A program made the position numbers and the translations under genes. This document shows positions 41,209 through 53,525 of a stretch of DNA of 64,000 bases, one piece after another. Below the pieces are notes generated by a model. It searched no databases. It saw only the letters and a list, made by a program, of their open reading frames with translations, and was not told the DNA's origin. Position 1 is the first letter of the stretch. Every line of letters starts with the position of its first letter. Origin of the DNA: Tubiluchus corallicola (Eukaryota; Animalia; Priapulida); NCBI GenBank assembly GCA_030141605.1, contig JAQGDQ010000007.1:545173-609172 (forward strand), read 5' to 3'.

Positions 41209-44200
41209 TCATTGTTTTCCTTCTTTCTTTTTTGCCTGTTTATTTCTCTTGTTTCTTTCTGTTTCTGTAAAAGGCACTGAGAAGTAACATGTTCCACGAA
41301 AGTATTTCGATTAACTAAAGAATTTCCTTACTACTTGAATATTAAAATGCGTTCAATAAGATGGGATTCTGATATCATAATCGTAACTGTTTCAGCAATA
41401 ATTATTCTCGTGTCATTGTAAATCTTTGCTATTTTTCGCTACATTAAATCATCTCTACTCTCCTCTTCCAAACATCCTTCTCACAATTTTATAATGCATC
41501 ACGTGATCAAGCTGTTGCTGGCTTTAAATTAACGTTGGTTGATTTTTCACAATAGAATTTATATCAGATGTGAATCTGACTTCCGTGCCCGCGGTTACAT
41601 CATCAATACAAACGTTTTACTAACAAGCTTCCCTTTTAGTGGGAAAAGAGGAGGATAACTTGCGTGAGAGTCACCTCTTCCTGTGCCCTTGCGCTCATCC
41701 GAGGAGGAGGGATGCTTATGAGTCAGTAGGGTAGTCAGCGTGTTGCAAGCAGTTCATTTTAAATACCATTTCAGCAACAAAGAAATTAGCTTAATAGGCT
41801 TGTCTAATCTGCGGCTGTAAACTTCAAGCAATTACACGAGCTTGATTAAAAGAACAAACAATCGATCGAATAAACGAACGAACGAATGTACAGACCGACG
41901 AACGAACGAGCGAATAAATGAAGGAATAAATAAATAAACGAATGAATAAATGACTGACTAATTGACTGACTGACTGACTGACTGACTGACTGACTGACTG
42001 ACTGACTGACTGACTGACTGACTGACTGAATGAATGAATGAATGAATGACTGAATGAATAAACAAATATACTAGGATATTTTCTTCATTTCGAAATAGTA
42101 ACATCAAATAACTTCCCATGTGTTTGCATTTTGTTATTATATTCATGTACTTTACCACTTGTCGAACGTTATTAGTAAAATAAATAAATAAAAATAATTC
42201 TAATAAACAGATAAATGCATCTGTAATTAAATAACAAAAATAAAAATAAATAAATATATAAATAAATAATAAAAATAAAAATAAATAAATATATAAATAA
42301 ATAATAAAAATAAAAATAAATAAATATATAAATAAATAATAAAAATAAAAATAAATAAATAGATAATAAAAAAGAAGAAAGCAAGAGATAAATAAGAAAA
42401 AGGCATAGAGTAATTGGTTAATAAACGAAAAGTGAACAGACAAAGGAATATACAAGCTTTTGACTAATTTTATTGCAAATTTCACAAGTTTTGAAGCGTT
42501 GTCTACGCTTTCACACCAGTCAAAACCCTAGTACACCTGTGCTAATTACGTTTACCTGTTGATTTTTATGCAGGTAATTCACCTGTCGAGTAGCCAGGGC
42601 ATAAAAACTTCGCTTAGGTTCAACTCTAACAATATACCATCAGTTTTAACTGGCATCATTGGCTATTAATTAAAGCTCTTTGCCCATTTGTTGCGCATTA
42701 ACTACGTGTTGGCTTGTCATTAATGTGAAACTGCGACATTAGCACCGGAAGTGAGCTCATTTCCGTTCCTAATATCCTGATTTCTTTCCACGGATAATTA
42801 ACATATACACGGCTTCTAGAGAATAACAGCGCAATGGGGATATAAAGTGAGTGGAATATTGATTTCTATTGATTTCGTGTTTGTTACATTAGGTAAGGAT
42901 TGTGCACAATTGTGCACAAAGGATTTCTGTGTGTAAGCTGGAGAGTGCTTAATAACTTTGCAACGTTGATTTCAACATAACACGCTAAGTTAAGCGCTCG
43001 TTACGCAATATTAGACAGTTATTAAAAGTGTTTGATTAATTAGTCCAACAATACGCTTTTATAAACCCATAACGTGTACAAGGTTTAACGATTAATCGAG
43101 AAGGAAAACGATAAAGTTTTGTTCAGTTGCTTAGTAGGTGGCGCGAGCGCGAGTCATTTTGTTTCTAGCACAACACAAATAGTTATGCCCAATTGTTGAT
43201 ATGTAAGTTTGAGGCAATGTTGTAGCAGTGCAATTATGTTTGCAAAATTTCAATTTTTGTGTGATAAAAAATTATCGCAAAAATTAATAAAGATGACATT
43301 TCACTAGAAAAGATATCCTTTTTGCCGGACGTCTATTGCATTGAATAAACACCTAAAAAACTCTAAATGAAACAGAAAACTACTTTTAGGCTGCATTAGA
43401 TAGTAAAATCATGTAATCGGGCGTACACTAAGCATCTACACACAGTACGACCAGCCATTTGCTACTCCACAATGGTTTGTGGGTCAATTATAGCTATTAC
43501 CCACTACCCACACCCTGGATAAATATTGTAAATATAATTTTCACGTTTTCGCCTTTACTAAATACAGCATGCTCGTGTATTGCTTATTCTTCAGCAGATA
43601 TTCATCAGTTATTTGGCCTATAGGGCCTCAGCTTATATATGTGTCCTATTATTGTCCTATCAACAGACAAACGGACGGGCAAACAGCAAATTGCCGAATT
43701 TGTGATGATTGAGCACTCAGCTTCCATAACTAGCTGTGTCTTCGCTATAACAATCAGTTCGAAAACAGCTTTTGCTGCCCTTTAGGGGTTTGTAGTAAAA
43801 AATGAAAATAAAAGTACTGAATTTATTTTCGTAAGTTTGTTTTGATACTTTTATTTTAATATGTATTTAGTAAATACTTGTTAGCATATAGACAAGGCAA
43901 AACTCTAATATCTGTAGAATAACATATGTAAAACCAAATAGCAGTACAGATAACATATTATTATGGTCACATATGCATAATAATGCAATAATAATCTCCA
44001 TTTAAAGTCGGCTTTTGGCTAACCAACCAATGAAGCTCAAAGAGCTTTTGCCAAAAATAAATAACAAATCTAAACTGCGTATCAGAGACTATGCCTTTGG
44101 TAATTTGGTACGACTTGCCGGAGAATTGAACTCACGACCACACAGACGGACTAGACTGTATCGTCTGATACATAAAGTTTAAACAATACACGTGCAAACC

Positions 44201-47200
44201 CCATAAGTTGCAAAGTCAATAGTGGAAAGAAATGATAAACTCATTAGTTTAAAAAGTTATCAGAGATACATAAATGTGTTTTATTATTTGCTAATATTGT
44301 AACGTATATTTTATAATTTCTGTATCACTTTTTATCCCAATTTGCTCTGGAGAAACACCAAAAATTGCTAGTGATTATTGTACACATACGTATATATTTT
44401 TTATTTATCCTTTATTTCAGCGAGTAGACATACATTTGATATATGAACACTTGATAAATCAATATTTGACACATACGCAACTAGTTTGTTAAAAATTCCT
44501 TTCTTATAAATTGGTTATCCTGTCGTTTATTTTAAGAATTTAAGAAATTAAATTTTTTTTGTAATAAGACTAAAGTGAAGTTCATGTATGCGCTTTAACA
44601 TTTATTGTCTAACATAGATAGATCTTCATAAATAGTGTACAGAGTTGCTTTTCGATGCATGCTACATTAATTTAAGCATATATAATGATACTGTGCATTA
44701 GTTTACATTATAATTCAAATGATACGTTATAAGAACTACACTACACGAACGTAGCCTATATATCATGCATAATATTAATATATAATAATTTCTTCGTTTA
44801 ATTATCGTTTAAGAATATTCAAAACTGCTGATGTAATACGTTTTCCATATACGTTGGAAAAATTTTCGCACTAAAAATGTAAAGTAGACCCTGTATATCT
44901 GATTTACAACATATTGTTAGAAACATTTATTTATTTTTGTTTTAAAGTTGCTTTCGTAGTTTGTGTTTTAAAAGTCATTTATCTTGGTTTATAAGACTAT
45001 ATTTAGAACGATTACGTATTGATAAAACTTTTACTATTTAACTATTTATTTTTTTCTGTGAATTATTATTTTGCAATTAGCAAAGCATTTTTGACGAATG
45101 CACCTTTTATAAACGTTGCCGCTTTTGCTATACTTTAGCCTTGGTTTTCGTAATTGTGTTGATTTCCTGTTATTACACTGGTTGAGTAATTGTTATGAAT
45201 AAGTTTTAAACTAATATTCAATAGGCAATGCACGCGAAGCGGTTATAGCTAGACGCACAAACTATATATATATATATGATCTATAGCTATATGTATCGAT
45301 AATAGTGATTGCCAAGCAAATCATAATTGTTATGTAAATGTACCCGCCATTGTAGTTATCAAATATTGTGGAGCACGCGTGGAAGTTATCATTCATTGTC
45401 TTATTCGTATAAAACTGTTTATACCGTTTTCTGTTTCTTATTAATTTTACTTCGTATTTGTTTTGCTAAATTTAAACCAACGCAGAGACGGAGTCCGCCT
45501 TGTGCAAGAAAATCCTAACTTTGTCACATGAAGCTTAAAAAGTTAGATTGTGTAAATACATCTATAATTGTTACGGATGTCTATAGCGGTTGCTAATTAA
45601 TAATTAACACAAATTATACAACAACACATAGATCTAATAATTAATTTATGAAATCAAGTGAATTAAAAGCTTAACAAATTTTAAGTCTATTTATAGCCGA
45701 GGCTCATTATATGGAAAGTTAAAGCAAGGAAATTGAAGGGTATCGATATTATACCTGTTTTAGGATCATATGCCGATACACAATAGTATGAAACAGCACC
45801 AAATAATGTTAAATTAAACAAAAAAAGTTTTACTTAACATAATGTTTGTTTTTTACAGTTTTATAGCAAGATTCTCTTAGTAACTATAGATGCACGTACA
45901 TACATTTTCACTCCTATGAATCTTTATATCTTTTTTACTCATGAACACATAAACTATGAGTTTAAATTGTTTGATTCTGATGCAGACCATTATAAATGCG
46001 CAGCAACTCGATTAGCTGGATTACGCGCATATGCAGACATAGTAATTAATAATTTTATTGGGTTTGTGCAAGCATTCATTCTAAACCTGATATACAACAA
46101 GGTTGTAAACTTTTTCGCATACCCATAGTTTGAAACAGTATTACACCTATATAAGCAACCATAAAAAATAAGAAAGCAGTTAATGTGTAACTAGTTCGAA
46201 ACCCAAGAAACATTTTTACATTAAAGAACAATATAAAAGCAGCTATATAGCAAAACTGCGTTCGTACAAACAAAAAACTAATAGATATTTATCATTTACA
46301 TCATTTACATGAATTATTACTTACATATTTTATTTTGAAGTTTGTACGTAATAAAAAAGTATGAGTTTATATGTAGAAAGAAGTAGCAAAATATATGTAT
46401 AACAGAAGCCTGTATACATTTCATGTAAATAAATTACGTTGCTGAAATTATAGGTTCATAATAGTGATGCAAAAAGTGGAACGCTGTAACCATTTTTAAC
46501 AAACCTTTAGGTAACTTACTGTAGAAAAAATGGTTATGTACCGTATCAAGTCCTATATGCGGCATTTGAAACTATTCGCTTTACAGATATTAATGTATAT
46601 CTGTATACGTTAATATATTAAGACTCAATAATGTATAATCTCTGCCGCGCTCATTCAGGTTGTCTGGAGTTCTCTACACCGGAATCAGTATGTTCGGTGA
46701 CTCGTTAATAATATTCATTTGTAAGACTAATTATTCACGGCTTATAGTACATAATCCATGCAAATGTTAGAAGCCTATTTACAGAACATACTTTTAGTAA
46801 ACTCCATTATATACGAAAGCGAGGCCTGTAAAAGCTATTTTGACATTAAGAAAAAACATTGTTTGGTTTGATTTAAGCTTTAAGATGAGCAGCACGTAGT
46901 CAACTGTTAAATCATAAAACCGATTAAACAATTTATTAAAATATGAAAGGAATTAAAAAAATTGTAAGCGACAAAACAAAACGCGAGGTTTTACGTAATT
47001 TCTGTGCGTAAAACATTCAGCTATATCCTCGCAATCTATTGTTAAAATTTTACACTGCCTTAGTCTGCTTAGTATATGGATTAACTATTGCTACATATTT
47101 TATGCGTATATAATGTCTGTCGCATTACATTAGAAAACTTTTTTTTATGAATCATTTCTGCTCAGATATAAAATTTAGAATGCGAAACTGAACTACAGTT

Positions 47201-48067
47201 TCCTTGATTTTTTTTGCATATTTAAATATCAAAACTTAAAAGCCTTAGCAGATTTTATATTTAACAGGGTTTTAATTTCAAGTAAGCGAAAGTTATGTAA
47301 GTATAACTCCAGTATATAGGCTATACAGTTTTAAATATTATTATAAATTTAAAACCAGTTATAAAATCTATGGGAGCAAACCACAGAAAATTTTCTTCAT
47401 AATTTTCAGCACATTTCTGATTGATCACAGAAATTAAAATATAGAACACGTAACTCTTCAAAATATGGAATATAAAGAAAAGATTAACATTAATTATGGG
47501 CTTATCACAAATTTTATTGGTTGGTAAACATATATTTTAAGGGGAGCTTATCTAAATGTGCATAAAGTTATGATGAGCTCAAATATACTCGCAAGCTAAT
47601 TAATTGAGCTTCATTATTTAATGCTTATCAAACAGTAAAGTAATCAAAAAGCAGACTAATCAGAAATGTTAATAACCTACTTATAGCAGAATTTACTAAC
47701 CTGTTTTATGATGATTGTGATGTTGATGTTGATTATAACTATGACGGTGATCAGGAGAGTGTTGTTGAAACTCGGAATGTTCAGTATTTTTGTTACTGTC
47801 TAAGTCTAAACTCGTATTGCTGTATTCACTGTCCGAGTTATATCCGGATTTCGGAGTACCCGGAGAAATCGACGTATGTCTCGGTGTTTTACTAGAACTC
47901 AATATATCATTAATTAAAAACGACGGTTTGCTGATCTCCGGAGAGCGTGTCACCGGGTTTCTCTCTTCGGCGCTTTTTGGATCGTCCGTCTCCGACGATT
48001 GTTCGCTTTTCCGGGATGGTTCGACTCTCGGCTGAGTCTCCATGCGTACGGGTAGTTGAGAAATCAT
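33071..48067 (-). CDS. Barhl: BarH/Barhl-family homeobox transcription factor (ANTP class, NKL subclass), 4 coding exons, 300 aa (292 aa if the second Met, METQ, is used)
   Basis: Exons of 367+112+114+310 nt = 903 nt = 300 codons plus TAG. All three introns are GT-AG with matching phases (1,2,2). Spliced homeodomain [60 protein letters not shown] has the BarH-diagnostic Tyr49 (WYQNRR) and is followed by the conserved [14 protein letters not shown]-terminal eh1/FIL motif SFLINDIL. Family assigned by recall of BARHL1/BarH1 sequences, not by a database search. Confidence 0.96.
37779..37929. repeat. Compound tetranucleotide repeat (GAAC/GAAT/GGAT) in Barhl intron 3
   Basis: Read directly; begins ~55 bp after the exon 3 donor. 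Confidence 0.9.
37985..38098 (-). CDS. Barhl: Barhl coding exon 3 (homeodomain residues 15-53)
   Basis: Acceptor ttttcttttcag|T. Encodes [37 protein letters not shown](R). Donor CG|GTGAGT. Confidence 0.97.
38783..38894 (-). CDS. Barhl: Barhl coding exon 2 (linker and homeodomain residues 1-15)
   Basis: Acceptor ttttttactttgcag|GA. Encodes (G)[36 protein letters not shown](R). Donor CG|GTAAGT. Confidence 0.96.
40981..41210. repeat. (TTTC)n compound microsatellite in Barhl intron 1
   Basis: TTTC run with TTCG and TC inserts. Confidence 0.97.
41950..42060. repeat. (GACT)n/(GAAT)n microsatellite
   Basis: Read directly from sequence. Confidence 0.95.
42236..42360. repeat. 35-bp AT-only minisatellite, ~3.6 copies
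   Basis: Unit AAAAATAAAAATAAATAAATATATAAATAAATAAT. Confidence 0.88.
47701..48067 (-). CDS. Barhl: Barhl coding exon 1 (eh1/FIL motif, Ser-rich region, His-rich tract)
   Basis: ORF 47696..48067 ([12 protein letters not shown]...SFLINDIL...HQHHNHHKT). In-frame upstream TAG at 48101-48103. Ends ACA G|GTTAGT (donor GT at 47700-47699), phase 1, matching exon 2. Choice of start Met is uncertain. Confidence 0.88.
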
Positions 48068-48199
48068 AAGTTTTTGGTGATTTAAAACCCTTATACAATG
48101 CTAGTCAAATGTTTCTGTTGTCAAATCTTGCTAAAATTCTTATTCACAAAGCTTCAGCAACATTTAGACTATCACAGTTCATAATCACTGCTGTTACTA

Positions 48200-48490
48200 A
48201 TATTACAAATTGTACTCGCACTGTAACGTGCTGCGCGCGTGTAGCAGGTACAAAGTGTAGCTTGTTTAACGCACAATAAGGCTCTTCCTAGGCACGGTGC
48301 GTGCGTCAAACTGTTTGGATCGAATTTAATCGCTTCATTGTGGAGATATCAGTAGACTTCGCTGCCATTTGTTTTGGCGAACGCTGATTGGTTCAAGTAT
48401 TATTGAGCCACGCCCACAGGTTGGTGTCTGCATTGGATGTGTTCACTGCGCGCTGAAGTCACGGACGCGGCCGCATGACTGTCTGTTTCT
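48200..48490 (-). promoter_or_regulatory. Putative Barhl proximal promoter
   Basis: CpG/GC-enriched patch 130-420 bp upstream of the ATG. Two minus-strand CCAAT boxes (ATTGG at 48387-48391 and 48432-48436) flank an Sp/KLF-type CCACGCCC box (48408-48415). TSS cannot be determined from sequence. Confidence 0.6.
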
Positions 48491-50609
48491 GGTGAAATTT
48501 CAGCAAAGCTAGGTACAAAATGGTTATATTCACACTAAATGGTACTTATTTAAGAAATGTAAAACAGTTTTTCATTCTGAAATAAAATATATGTAAAAAT
48601 TATTATCTACGGCTTAGCAAAATAGCAAATATAACGCCGCGAAAACAAATTTTATTTAACTGGTTGCTGTTTATTTTGTTTTTAATTTATGCAAAAAGTA
48701 AATAAGACTCTGTAACATCAGATCCATAATTGTAGTACTATCTTTATTTTTGTTGTTACTTTAAATTTATTTCGTACATTTAAAAGTATATAGCATTATA
48801 AAAAAATTGTACACTCAACTACAGTATAAAATTACAATAGAAACTACTAAAATATTTGCATATATACATGCATACGCATCTGGAGAAAAAACATAAATAC
48901 ACAAGACAGATGATTAAAAATACAATACACAGAGGAATAAAACCATATAAATGTTACATTTACAATGGTAAAAGATGTTGATCTCATAGTTAAAAACATA
49001 TATTGTACCAATTTGTTCACATACTGCATTATGATATGCAGAGTAAACATACAATTTATCAAGGTAGTTCTGCAATTAAGTTTGATTCTGGTGTATTCTA
49101 ATTTTAATTGTCCAAATTGTTTATTAGCTATGTGTAAGGCAATACTTGGGTTGGTGAATTTTTGTTAGCTTTATAACTTTCGATGTCTAAATGCCAATGT
49201 AAATAAATACACGCGTAAAAACTAAAAAATGCCCAACTTTGAAAGATACTTAATTTCAAACAATACCCGATTACTGCACAGTAAAACAACAAACAAATTA
49301 TTATGACTAGTCGAGCTAATAACGCTATTACGATATTTTTACAAGTGCTTGATTCGGAAAATTATTGACAATTTGCTTATTAAATATTAAAACAATGAAT
49401 TTGTTTATGTGTTTTATCTGGAACGTTTCAGTGTAGCAGGCATTTAACTTTTGTTTCCAGAACTGCAATTTGTTATAGCACAGACCACACACTGTATGTT
49501 TACATAATAATTTTCTGCATTTTAATTACGCTTCGCCATAGGTTTGTTTTCGTTAAGTAAAAAAAGGTTTGGTTAGCTTTTGTTTAGCGTAATTAGGGTG
49601 GTTATAACCGAATAAGTTACCATAATATTCATACCTGTGCTAAATTCTTTTATAATATGATGAGGATATTATGAGGATATATGAAGCAAGCAGATTGCAA
49701 AATTGCGCTAAATTATCCTTACTAAAGCTCAGTTACTCGGTTAGTCTACACCATCAATTTTCCAGGATGGTTTAAGTATTTGTAATTAGGTAGTAAATTA
49801 TAATTTTGTACAGCAAAAATGAGCACTTGATCTTATTTTGTTTTGGAAATTATAATTGTGTCGTTACACGTGTTTTACATAACAGTCACATTAAAATTAC
49901 CTTTTAGCTGTCGGCCTCTCGTTGCTATTATATAAATCAATTCTGACTTTCATTGAAACCAGTTAGAAAAATTCCATTCTAATTCGACTCATTTTCAGCA
50001 ATTTCCGGACATTTTATCATTCATCCTAGACTATCAATACCAGCTTTTGTGTTGCGTGCATGAGTTTTGAACACAATGTCATTACGATCATTATCTTGTA
50101 ATACTGAAATGATTAATCTGAATAATTATTTATATACTTCTGTAGAAATTATGAGCTTTTAAGATTTCTAAACTGTAATTTGTCTGCAATGATTTATTAT
50201 AGGTTTGATTTATTATAAGAGGCGTGAAGGAGTGAATGAATGAGTGAGTGAGTGATTAATTGATTGAAGCACAAACTGAAGCACAAATAACTAAATCGAT
50301 ATGTAGAGGAGCGAATGAATGAATGAGCGTGAAAAAGAATATAACAATGTCTAAAACAATAAATATGTAATAGATTACTGGCTTATTGATTGGTTATAAT
50401 TGACTGACTTATGACTGATTGACTGATCGACCGACCGATCCACCATACGATTGGCTCACTGAATGAATGACTGAGTTATTGACTAAATAAATAAATCAAT
50501 AAAGGAGCGAAAAAATACGCGAATAAGTGAATGCGTGCATAATAAATGAAAAAATTAATGAATGATGAAAAAATGAGCGCATGCATAAAAATATTGTAAC
50601 AATAAATAA

Positions 50610-50633
50610 ATATATATATATATATATATGTGC

Positions 50634-50670
<37 letters not shown>

Positions 50671-50688
50671 TGTGTGCGTGTGTGTGTG
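50610..50688. repeat. (TA)n/(TG)n microsatellite
   Basis: Read directly from sequence. Confidence 0.95.
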
Positions 50689-50907
50689 TAAGAAATAGGC
50701 TTAACAAGACGAAAAGAAAAAATAGAAGAAAAGGGACACAATAAAAAACAAAAACAAAAAAGAGAAGTACTAAAAATTTATTAAAATCATGATAATTCTT
50801 AAAAGCCATAGATTTAACCATTATTTATGTGTACATGCGTGACAGCGTGCGTTTAGCTAAATGCGACATCGACAGATTTCTTGCTTCTGCCTGTTTCCAG
50901 CCATTTA

Positions 50908-51372
50908 CTGGCCCTATTTCAGGGGGGGGGGTAAGTGGGGATACTTCAGTGTGGCCTCGCGCCGAGGTGACATTTTTTTGCTTTTTGCGAACATACTGCC
51001 TCCTCTCTCCCCTCTCTCTCTTGCCGCACGCGCGCCGTTTGCCTTGTGCGGCTCGGTGCCGATGTTCAGCTGTTTTCAATTTTGGAATTTCTAACATCGG
51101 CTTGTACGGAAGTGAGAGTACGGTATTACATATTGCAAAGATGTTGTTTTTGATTTGACTATTTGACAAGTATTAAGGACTGGTCTTGAGAATAAACAGT
51201 TTTTCTTTCAATTGTTCTTTCCTTTAATTACTGTATAACTCCATATTTTCTCTTCGAAAATGCTTCTGCAGCAGTTCAAAAATTTTTTGGCCGCCCCCCC
51301 GGCGTTTCGCCCCACTGAGGGGCCTCACACGCCCCACTTCCCCGGGCCTCGCTTAAGCTGAAATAGGCCCTG
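50908..51372. mobile_element. Non-autonomous hAT-type DNA transposon (MITE), 465 bp
   Basis: Terminal inverted repeats CTGGCCCTATTTCAG / CTGAAATAGGCCCTG (13/15 match). Perfect 8-bp target-site duplication GCCATTTA at 50900-50907 and 51373-51380. GC-rich subtermini, no transposase. An 8-bp TSD is typical of hAT (also P elements). Confidence 0.88.
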
Positions 51373-52443
51373 GCCATTTATTGTAAAAAGTCACAAGTTC
51401 CTTACTATGGCAAAAGTCAGGTTTTTTCAGCCAGCCAGTATGTAAAATCAAGTTTCTCATGCGATAAACGCTAATCTATTCTAACAAACTGTTCATTATT
51501 TACAACCCTGGACGCGACGAAAAACTTCATCACTTAAATACAATAGGATTGCCCCTAGCAGCGGATGCGGAGAAACTGATGAACTCCGGGTTAGATTTAT
51601 GTCATCAGCAGCATCTTCATCTGCCCAGCTTCCTGCCCCGGGCCCGGTATTGTGCTCCAGTGAGCATACTGCGTCAAAATAACAAGTGCTATTGTTGGCC
51701 CACTATTGGGGGGAGGGTGAGGGGGAGGAGATGAGAGAAATGGTTACACGGCCCGATCAGCAAGGAAAACAGCAGTACTGTTTAAACAAATCCAGGAGTA
51801 AATACATTAAATTTAAAATCAAATTTAAAATCTGTGTTTTGTATTCAAAAAAATAGCCTAAGGAATTTCAAGTCCAGCCTCCGATAGCTAGGCTGGAATA
51901 TGACGTCAGGTTAGAAAAAGGGAGTAAATTTCCACCATGATATAACATTAAAATATTTCAAATTTTTGGAAATATGCTACGGAAACTTATGGGTTTTTGT
52001 ATATTTTGCTCGTTTATATGTGTGTGATCAGCTTACCTTCTCATTTCTGTTTGATGATTTTAAATGGCACACCTCTCCCCCGTCCTCTTCAAATTATGCA
52101 CGAAGATGCAACTAATGTTGCTCTAAATGCATAAAAATATTATGAACGATAAAACTTTCAATATGAATTGCATGCTAATATGCACCCTACAGGGCTTATA
52201 TACAGACGACACCTGTGCGAAGCTTTGATAGTGTGCGCTGAAAACAGGGTGACTGTTAATTAAAAGTGACGTCGTTTCAAGATGTCCGAGGTTTTAAGAA
52301 AAAAGACTGGTGTGCGGTTGCATTACTGCGCTTAGCCACTTCTAATGTATTGTGTTCGTCGTATTCGTGTAACATTTGAACTGTTCGAACTAGCAGGGTT
52401 AAATAGATTAGGAGTTCGCGAGAGAGAAAAACGAGGGAAAGAG

Positions 52444-52445
<2 letters not shown>

Positions 52446-52489
<44 letters not shown>

Positions 52490-52515
52490 GAAGAAAGGTA
52501 GAAAAAAGCTAGAAA

Positions 52516-52608
<93 letters not shown>
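52446..52608. repeat. (GAAA)n/(GA)n compound microsatellite
   Basis: Read directly from sequence. Confidence 0.96.
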
Positions 52609-52610
<2 letters not shown>

Positions 52611-53232
52611 GAACATATCAACAGCTTACCAGTAATTGATAAGAATAGTTTTGTTAGCTATGATCGGAAACAGAGCATCTATCTCTCATCAGCAAAGCTT
52701 AATGAGATACATTAACGGCGTCATCCTCCATGGCGGTTGTAAAACAGAATCAGTCAATCACTTCCAGTTCTCATTATCAACAGAGATGGCCTCATCGCAA
52801 CCAATTTCCGACTGTCTCCCTATTCTTTCAAGGACTATTATGAGTTAACCTAGCAATCTACTAAATTATTATCCCCAATAAGACAAATAGGTTCGAAAGA
52901 TTGCAAATCCTTCCACGAACAGGATACTTACGATGAGTCTCATAAACAAAAATAAATGTTTATGAAAAGGTCTATGTAAGACTATCAAGAATTTTAATTC
53001 TGCGCCTTAAAATTATTTGAATGAATACATGTTATCTTAATTTTGTTGATATGCTGTCACTTTCTAACAAATGCTTGCTTCTTGGGTGGTTATTGAAATT
53101 AAGCGTTTGAACAAAGAAAAAGAAAAATCCAGAATAACACAAGAAGCAGTTTTGTTGCTAATCTAAAGCTCTAAAAACTTGGGTATAATTAAGTACTGGA
53201 ATGGGGTACCTATGTCTGTATTATCACAGTAA

Positions 53233-53525
53233 CATAGGCGTACGGACCGATTTTTCCCGGGGGACTGAGCCACTTTTGCCCGAAAAATACTCGGAAAAAG
53301 CGCAGGTCAACTTCGAGTCGGGAATTGCTTTTCCCCCACCCCATGATCGGATTTCGGGCACTTAATTTGGCGGCATGGAAAAGTTTTGAGATTTGCTTTT
53401 ATGAAAAATATTATTTTAGTTTTTTCATCATTTGGTCGGTGTCCGAAAAATTTTGTGATTGCCTGAAAAAACTGTTTGCACGAATCCGTGGGTAGGTAGC
53501 CAACCTCCCGGGTCGTACGCCTATG
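53233..53525. mobile_element. MITE, 293 bp, with CATAGGCGTACG terminal inverted repeats
   Basis: Perfect 12-bp TIRs (CATAGGCGTACG...CGTACGCCTATG). Flanks CACAGTAA / GTCAGTAT match at 5/8, consistent with a decayed 8-bp TSD. A lone CATAGGCGTA also occurs near 63595-63604. Confidence 0.78.

Noticed and set aside
47790-48098. ORFs 47790..48035 (+) and 47910..48098 (-)
   Set aside because: Antisense or alternative-frame shadows of exon 1 with no recognisable motifs.
50825-51169. Three overlapping 77-114 aa ORFs
   Set aside because: They overlap the GC-rich MITE and show no transposase or other domain similarity.
51708-51730. G-quadruplex candidate GGGGGGAGGGTGAGGGGGAGG
   Set aside because: It lacks four separate runs of three or more G.
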